Below, one piece after another: positions 33,048 to 37,595 of a stretch of 37,595 nucleotides of DNA (its first letter is position 1; each line of letters starts with the position of its first letter). The position numbers were made by a program, and so were the translations under genes. Origin of the DNA: a virus; UHGV virus genome UHGV-0051534. The stretch is one strand, 5' to 3'. Under the pieces are notes generated by a model that saw only the letters and a list, made by a program, of their open reading frames with translations, made no database searches and had not been told where the DNA came from.

Positions 33048-35237
33048 ATGACGGTCTCAACCGAAGTTGACCACAACGAATACACTGGTAACGGAGCTAC
33101 GACATCATTTCCGTATACCTTCCGTATTTTCAAAAAAACCGACCTGGTTGTTCAGGTGTCTGACCTGAACGGGAACGTAACAGAATTGGTTCTGGATACC
33201 GGTTATAAGGTAACTGGAGCGGGCACTTATAGTGGCGGTGAAGTGGTTCTCCCGTCGCCGCTTGCTGCTGGCTGGCGAATTACGATAGAGCGTGTGCTTG
33301 ATGTGGTGCAGGAGACTGATCTTCGCAATCAGGGAAAATTTTTCCCCGAAGTTCATGAAGATGCATTTGACTACCTGACGATGCTGATCCAGCGATGTTT
33401 TGGGTGGTTCAGACGTGCATTGATGAAACCATCTTTGCTTGCAAAATATTACGATGCAAAGCAAAACAAAATTTCTAACCTTGCAGATCCATCATTTGAG
33501 CAGGACGCTGTAAATAATCGCTCAATGCGTAATTATGTCGATGCTGCAATCGCCGGGGTTGTTGGTGGTTTTGGTTGGTTTATACCGTCAGGAAGCGGGG
33601 CAAGACAACGAACATTTCAAAGCAAAATGAGGGATATAATTTCTCCTTGTGATTACGAAGATAATATTTTTATGATTAAGGAGTTGATATCCAAAGGCAA
33701 AAATGCCGCTGTTTTTAACTCATATTATACTTTTGTTATTACTGTTGGCGAATGGGGTGATTACCCTACACTCAAAGATGCAATCATTGCAGCCCAGTCA
33801 ATGAGACCTATGTGGGATGGTGGTAATGCTTTCTGCGAAATAAGAATTAAGACCGGGCATATTATCAACTATCAAATTGAATTCAGTTCAGGTGTTGATT
33901 TGTCTTGGATTAAAATAACATCAGAAGACTCAGTGGTTTTCTCTGACACTCGTTTGTTTACTAAAATCGTTAGAACGTATTACGAATACAAGTATTTATT
34001 TTACATTTGCGATGCAGCAAAAAGTCCTGTATTTGCTATTCAGATCGAAGAAAATAGAGATGATAGCGATGTTTGTGCATTTATTGTAACTCAAAAAGCT
34101 GAACTTAATTTCTATCCGTATTCAGGTGCTCGAAAGTTCTACGTTGGAATTCATGGTAGTTTTGGTGCAAAAATTAGTGCATATCATACCGGATGTGCTC
34201 CTGATGAGGAAAGTGTTGCTGCATATATGCCAGAAGGGTATTACGTATGTGATTTTTCTTATAGCAGATACTCTTCCCTGCAACTGGTAAATAATGTCAA
34301 GGCATCAATGCCTGTAAGCAAGTTTGAACGGTGCACAGAGAGTACGGTTGCGTCAGTTAATTGTATTTATAATGTTAAAGCAGATTTTCAGGGGTCAAGT
34401 GCAAGCTATTGTTATATAGGATGGAATGTAAGAGATGGTTCAAATGTTAATATACGCGACCATAAAACTATACATTGCTCATATCGTGGATTAACCTGCA
34501 TTCATACAGCATATGTTGATGCAAGACGACATGACGTTGAAGAAAGTGATGCAGAAACAAGTGGTAAAGTCCTTGAACCAAATATTGAAAAAGGTTTTTA
34601 TGGATGTGCACTTGGTGTGCGTATTGATGGTGCGGGTTGCGTTGATGTTGCTGGTAATGATATGCGCAATTGTGGAACAGCCGTTAATGCAGACACTGGT
34701 GCTGTTATTTCAGGAAAGGCTGTAGATATCTCAGGGGCTGAGCTGGGATTTGATTGCCATGCAGGAGCATCTGTTAATTTTCCAAGGCTATGGGGTACAG
34801 ATATAAAAAAATTAATGCACCTCCAAGATGGTGTAAGGTTTAACTCTAATATTTGTCATGTATTTGGTGCAAATCCCACAAAAGATATTAGATGGATTGA
34901 TGTAGAGAGATCTGAAGCTTCTTTTATGAATGCAACGCTGGATGCAGATTCAGGATTTATTGCCGACTGTGGTAGTAGGATAACCATTGAAGGAAGTAAA
35001 GTTAAAAACCAAACAATAAGAAGTTTTTTTGGATCATATGTGGCTATAAATAATACTGTTGCTGACAGAACTTATTCAGATATAGCCGATGTTCCGCAGT
35101 TGACTATTAGTGGAGGATCTTTTATTTCTGCTACAGGATATTCTAATTCTGACTCCAGCCCTCTGAGGTTGAGCACAACACGAAATACACTTGGCGTTGG
35201 AGGAGCCATATTTTCAACCAATGGGGAAGTTTCATGA
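33048..35237 (+). CDS. tailspike / tail fibre protein with low-GC receptor-binding part
   Basis: 729 aa; GGAG RBS; N-terminus MTVSTEVDHNEYTGNGATTSFPYTFRIFKKTDLVVQV typical of podovirus tailspike particle-binding domains; GC falls to about 38% after about 33600; C-terminal part Gly/Ser/Asn/Cys-rich as in beta-helix depolymerase domains. Confidence 0.75.
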   Translation: MTVSTEVDHNEYTGNGATTSFPYTFRIFKKTDLVVQVSDLNGNVTELVLDTGYKVTGAGTYSGGEVVLPSPLAAGWRITIERVLDVVQETDLRNQGKFFPEVHEDAFDYLTMLIQRCFGWFRRALMKPSLLAKYYDAKQNKISNLADPSFEQDAVNNRSMRNYVDAAIAGVVGGFGWFIPSGSGARQRTFQSKMRDIISPCDYEDNIFMIKELISKGKNAAVFNSYYTFVITVGEWGDYPTLKDAIIAAQSMRPMWDGGNAFCEIRIKTGHIINYQIEFSSGVDLSWIKITSEDSVVFSDTRLFTKIVRTYYEYKYLFYICDAAKSPVFAIQIEENRDDSDVCAFIVTQKAELNFYPYSGARKFYVGIHGSFGAKISAYHTGCAPDEESVAAYMPEGYYVCDFSYSRYSSLQLVNNVKASMPVSKFERCTESTVASVNCIYNVKADFQGSSASYCYIGWNVRDGSNVNIRDHKTIHCSYRGLTCIHTAYVDARRHDVEESDAETSGKVLEPNIEKGFYGCALGVRIDGAGCVDVAGNDMRNCGTAVNADTGAVISGKAVDISGAELGFDCHAGASVNFPRLWGTDIKKLMHLQDGVRFNSNICHVFGANPTKDIRWIDVERSEASFMNATLDADSGFIADCGSRITIEGSKVKNQTIRSFFGSYVAINNTVADRTYSDIADVPQLTISGGSFISATGYSNSDSSPLRLSTTRNTLGVGGAIFSTNGEVS

Positions 35238-35530
35238 TTAAGAGCATTGATGTCACTCCATTTCTTCACTCGCTTTGCGCTTTTGCGGCTCAGGTACTGG
35301 TTGGTATTTTTACCGGAAACTGGGCTTACGGTGCGATAGCCGGTTGTACGTTCTTCATTGCGCGTGAACACACCCAGGCAGAATATCGCTGGATAGAAAA
35401 GTTTGGGAAAGGGAAACGTATCAACATGCCGTGGTGGGGAGGTTTTGATCCACGCGTGTGGGATGTGGGAAGTCTGTTGGATTTTGCTGTTCCTGTTGTT
35501 TTTTGTTTTTGTGTTTATTTCTCTATTTGA
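35234..35530 (+). CDS. small membrane protein of unknown function
   Basis: 98 aa; ATGA-coupled to the tailspike stop with GGGGAAG RBS; two or three hydrophobic segments; 3' end runs into a T-rich tract where an alternative frame (35403..35720) is also open. Confidence 0.4.
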   Translation: MIKSIDVTPFLHSLCAFAAQVLVGIFTGNWAYGAIAGCTFFIAREHTQAEYRWIEKFGKGKRINMPWWGGFDPRVWDVGSLLDFAVPVVFCFCVYFSI

Positions 35531-35732
35531 CTGCTACCGCGCCATTAAATGGTGCGGTATTCAACCTGCTCTTCACTGTTTGTTTCTTCAGAGTCATGTA
35601 AAAGGTGAGCTTTATTCTCGGCATGAAAAACAGGGAATTGACGATGTTAAAGTAACAAAAAACCATAAATGGTTTATTATGCGTAATGCTTTACTGTTCA
35701 GGAGGTTGTTATGCATATAAACGGTGGAAAAC

Positions 35733-36137
35733 ATGTCAGCTCAACTAACCAGTGAAACTTTAAATCAGTGGCTTAGCATGAGTTCTCTGGCGGCGGTGAT
35801 AGCAGGAGTTCCTCCTGAGGTTGCTTTGGGTGCTTTGGCTGGAGCGGTAATTTTTGTTACCTCTGCAGTAGAGTACCCCATCCGTCGCCGGGTGCTCCTG
35901 TCGATGCTCAGCTTTCTTTGCGGCCTTCTCTTTTACAAACCAGCAGCATCAATTCTTATCGGCATAGCCAGCCTGATCCCTACCATCACGCAGGACTCTT
36001 TTGAAAAAGGGATTGTTTTCTCTGCAGGCGCATTCGTGTCAGCAATTGTCGCTGTGCGTATTGGTATATGGCTCTATCACCGTTCCGATAATCCACGCGA
36101 GTTAATTCCGGGGAGAAAAGACGATGGTAACGCATGA
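35733..36137 (+). CDS. putative holin / multi-TM lysis membrane protein
   Basis: 135 aa from ATG 35733; three to four hydrophobic helices and charged C-terminus; immediately upstream of holin-like and endolysin genes. Confidence 0.45.
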   Translation: MSAQLTSETLNQWLSMSSLAAVIAGVPPEVALGALAGAVIFVTSAVEYPIRRRVLLSMLSFLCGLLFYKPAASILIGIASLIPTITQDSFEKGIVFSAGAFVSAIVAVRIGIWLYHRSDNPRELIPGRKDDGNA

Positions 36138-36432
36138 GTTTTTTTTGCTTATCACCAATGCAGTTATTTGCACTGGCATAGCAATTCGCGTTGTCACATT
36201 CCGGCGTAACGGCTCTCAACACCGAAGGTGGGGAGGATGGCTTGCTTATTTCCTGATTGTTGCTGCGGCCAGTATTCCTGTTCGTGTCGCCTATGCAATC
36301 TGGTTACGTACGCCAATGGCTGTGGATTTATCTGAGGTCATTATCAACGCTGTCATGCTGGCTGCGGTTATTAAAACGCGCGGTAACGTCGTTCAAATTT
36401 TTAAAGTATCGAGGTCTAAACATGGAGATTAA
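36124..36432 (+). CDS. putative holin (two TM)
   Basis: 102 aa with GGAGAAAAG RBS; two hydrophobic helices and basic C-terminus; overlaps the endolysin start. Confidence 0.5.
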   Translation: MVTHEFFLLITNAVICTGIAIRVVTFRRNGSQHRRWGGWLAYFLIVAAASIPVRVAYAIWLRTPMAVDLSEVIINAVMLAAVIKTRGNVVQIFKVSRSKHGD

Positions 36433-37051
36433 ACAATTCCAGCGAGCTGCTGGTATCAGCGAGGCACTGGCCGCACGCTGGTTCTCGCATATAACTTCTG
36501 CGATGAAAGAGTTTGGTATCAGCAAAGCAGAAGATCAGGCAATGTTTATTGCTCAAGTCGGGCATGAGTCTGGGAGCTTCACCAGGTTGCAGGAGAATTT
36601 CAACTACAGTGTCAGCGGACTGGCTAACTTCGTTCGGGCTGGGCGTCTCACTCAGGGGCAGGCTAATGCACTGGGGCGCCGTGCTGGTGAAGCACCATTG
36701 CCACTTGAGCGCCAGCGCGCGATCGCAAATCTGGTATACAGCAAACGCATGGGGAACAATGCCCCTGGTGATGGCTGGAATTACCGAGGGCGCGGACTTA
36801 TCCAGATTACCGGTTTGAATAACTATCGTGATTGCGGAAACGGTCTGAAGGTTGACCTGCTGGAGAGCCCTGAACTGCTGGCGCAAGACGAATATGCGGC
36901 TCGTAGCGCGGCGTGGTTCTTCGTCAGCAAAGGCTGCATGAAGTATACCGGCGATATTGTACGTGTAACTCTGATTATCAATGGTGGCAGAAACGGTATC
37001 GACGACCGGCGTGCGCGGTACATCACAGCAAGTAAGGTACTGGCGGTATGA
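36422..37051 (+). CDS. endolysin, glycoside hydrolase family 19 (chitinase-like lysozyme)
   Basis: 209 aa from ATG 36422 with GAGG RBS; [10 protein letters not shown] and [14 protein letters not shown] match GH19 signatures. Confidence 0.8.
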   Translation: MEIKQFQRAAGISEALAARWFSHITSAMKEFGISKAEDQAMFIAQVGHESGSFTRLQENFNYSVSGLANFVRAGRLTQGQANALGRRAGEAPLPLERQRAIANLVYSKRMGNNAPGDGWNYRGRGLIQITGLNNYRDCGNGLKVDLLESPELLAQDEYAARSAAWFFVSKGCMKYTGDIVRVTLIINGGRNGIDDRRARYITASKVLAV

Positions 37052-37545
37052 TCTGGGCATTTGTAAAAGCATACCGTAAACAGTTACTTATCGTGGCGAT
37101 GCTTGCTGTTCTGGTCATATCAGGAGTTGTTGCCTGGAATGTGCACGGCATCCGTCAGTACGATGCCGGGTATGCGCAGGCGAAGGAAGATCAGAAACAG
37201 GCTGATGATAAGTTAAGGTCACAGCGTGAGCAGGAGAAAACACAAATTGAACGTGAAGCACAATCCCGTATCGATGCGGCGCGTGCTGATGCTGAGTATG
37301 CTAATTCCGCTGCTGACAGCATGCGCGCCGAGCTTGACAAAACCAGGCGGCTCGCCGAACACTATACCGGATCTTTCCCCCCTGGCACGCCAGCCAGCAA
37401 GGTCATCGGTGTGCTCGCCGACATGCTTGAAGAAAGCAACCGAGTTTACAACGCAACAGCAGCTGAGGCTGAAAAGTATCGTATCGCAGGGGAATTCTGC
37501 GAGCAGCAATACGATTCACTGAAGAAGCAAAAATCGTGGCACTGA
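37048..37545 (+). CDS. Rz: Rz-like inner-membrane spanin
   Basis: 165 aa; ATGA-coupled to the endolysin stop; N-terminal TM helix [18 protein letters not shown] then charged coiled-coil periplasmic domain. Confidence 0.75.
   Translation: MIWAFVKAYRKQLLIVAMLAVLVISGVVAWNVHGIRQYDAGYAQAKEDQKQADDKLRSQREQEKTQIEREAQSRIDAARADAEYANSAADSMRAELDKTRRLAEHYTGSFPPGTPASKVIGVLADMLEESNRVYNATAAEAEKYRIAGEFCEQQYDSLKKQKSWH
37274..37522 (+). CDS. Rz1: Rz1-like outer-membrane lipoprotein spanin, embedded in Rz in the +1 frame
   Basis: ATG 37274 (or 37289/37298); [17 protein letters not shown] carries a lipobox (LLTAC); Pro-rich mature part; wholly embedded in Rz. Confidence 0.55.
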   Translation: MRRVLMLSMLIPLLTACAPSLTKPGGSPNTIPDLSPLARQPARSSVCSPTCLKKATEFTTQQQLRLKSIVSQGNSASSNTIH

Positions 37546-37595
37546 TTTCCGGTGACGGTATATAAAACGGTACGGTGAAAATCAGGTTACAGAAA

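Noticed and set aside
35711-35755. ATG at 35711 with a strong GGAGG RBS
   Set aside because: That frame stops after 14 codons; the holin-like ORF starts at the downstream ATG 35733. The strong RBS may serve a short upstream ORF or reinitiation, but I could not support a separate gene.
36416-37072. 218-aa minus-strand ORF antisense to the endolysin
   Set aside because: The plus-strand frame carries clear GH19 motifs; the minus frame is a shadow ORF.

Overview
The window reads as a near-complete temperate phage or prophage genome with Enterobacteriaceae-like sequence; no integrase, att site, rRNA or CRISPR array is visible. All calls rest on reading the six-frame track and sequence by eye; no database search was run. 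Left to right: a leftward early operon (small ORFs, RecE-like exonuclease translationally coupled to a RecT/Bet-like annealase, AlpA-like regulator, Dam-like N6-adenine methyltransferase); an immunity region with a dual-HTH repressor lacking an autocleavage domain, flanked by TTACC-N5-GGTAA inverted-repeat operators, and a divergent Cro-like gene; a lambda O/P-like replication module with in-frame iterons; a coupled cluster of uncharacterised early accessory genes; terminase small and large subunits; an AT-rich reverse-strand moron next to a tRNA-Arg(UCU); a podovirus-type structural block (T7-like portal, scaffold, capsid, tail tube, internal ejection proteins); an AT-rich immI-like island with small membrane proteins, a Bro-N antirepressor and a LexA-box-controlled small paralogue; a tailspike with a low-GC C-terminal part; and a lysis cassette (holin-like proteins, GH19 endolysin, Rz with embedded Rz1). 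The strongest candidates for something undescribed are the reverse-strand 2-TM plus coiled-coil moron at 12497-13345 and the membrane/secreted-protein island at 30060-31353. A TTACC-N5-GGTAA motif recurring at about 15 intergenic positions and a 12-bp palindrome present twice are the main non-coding signals.
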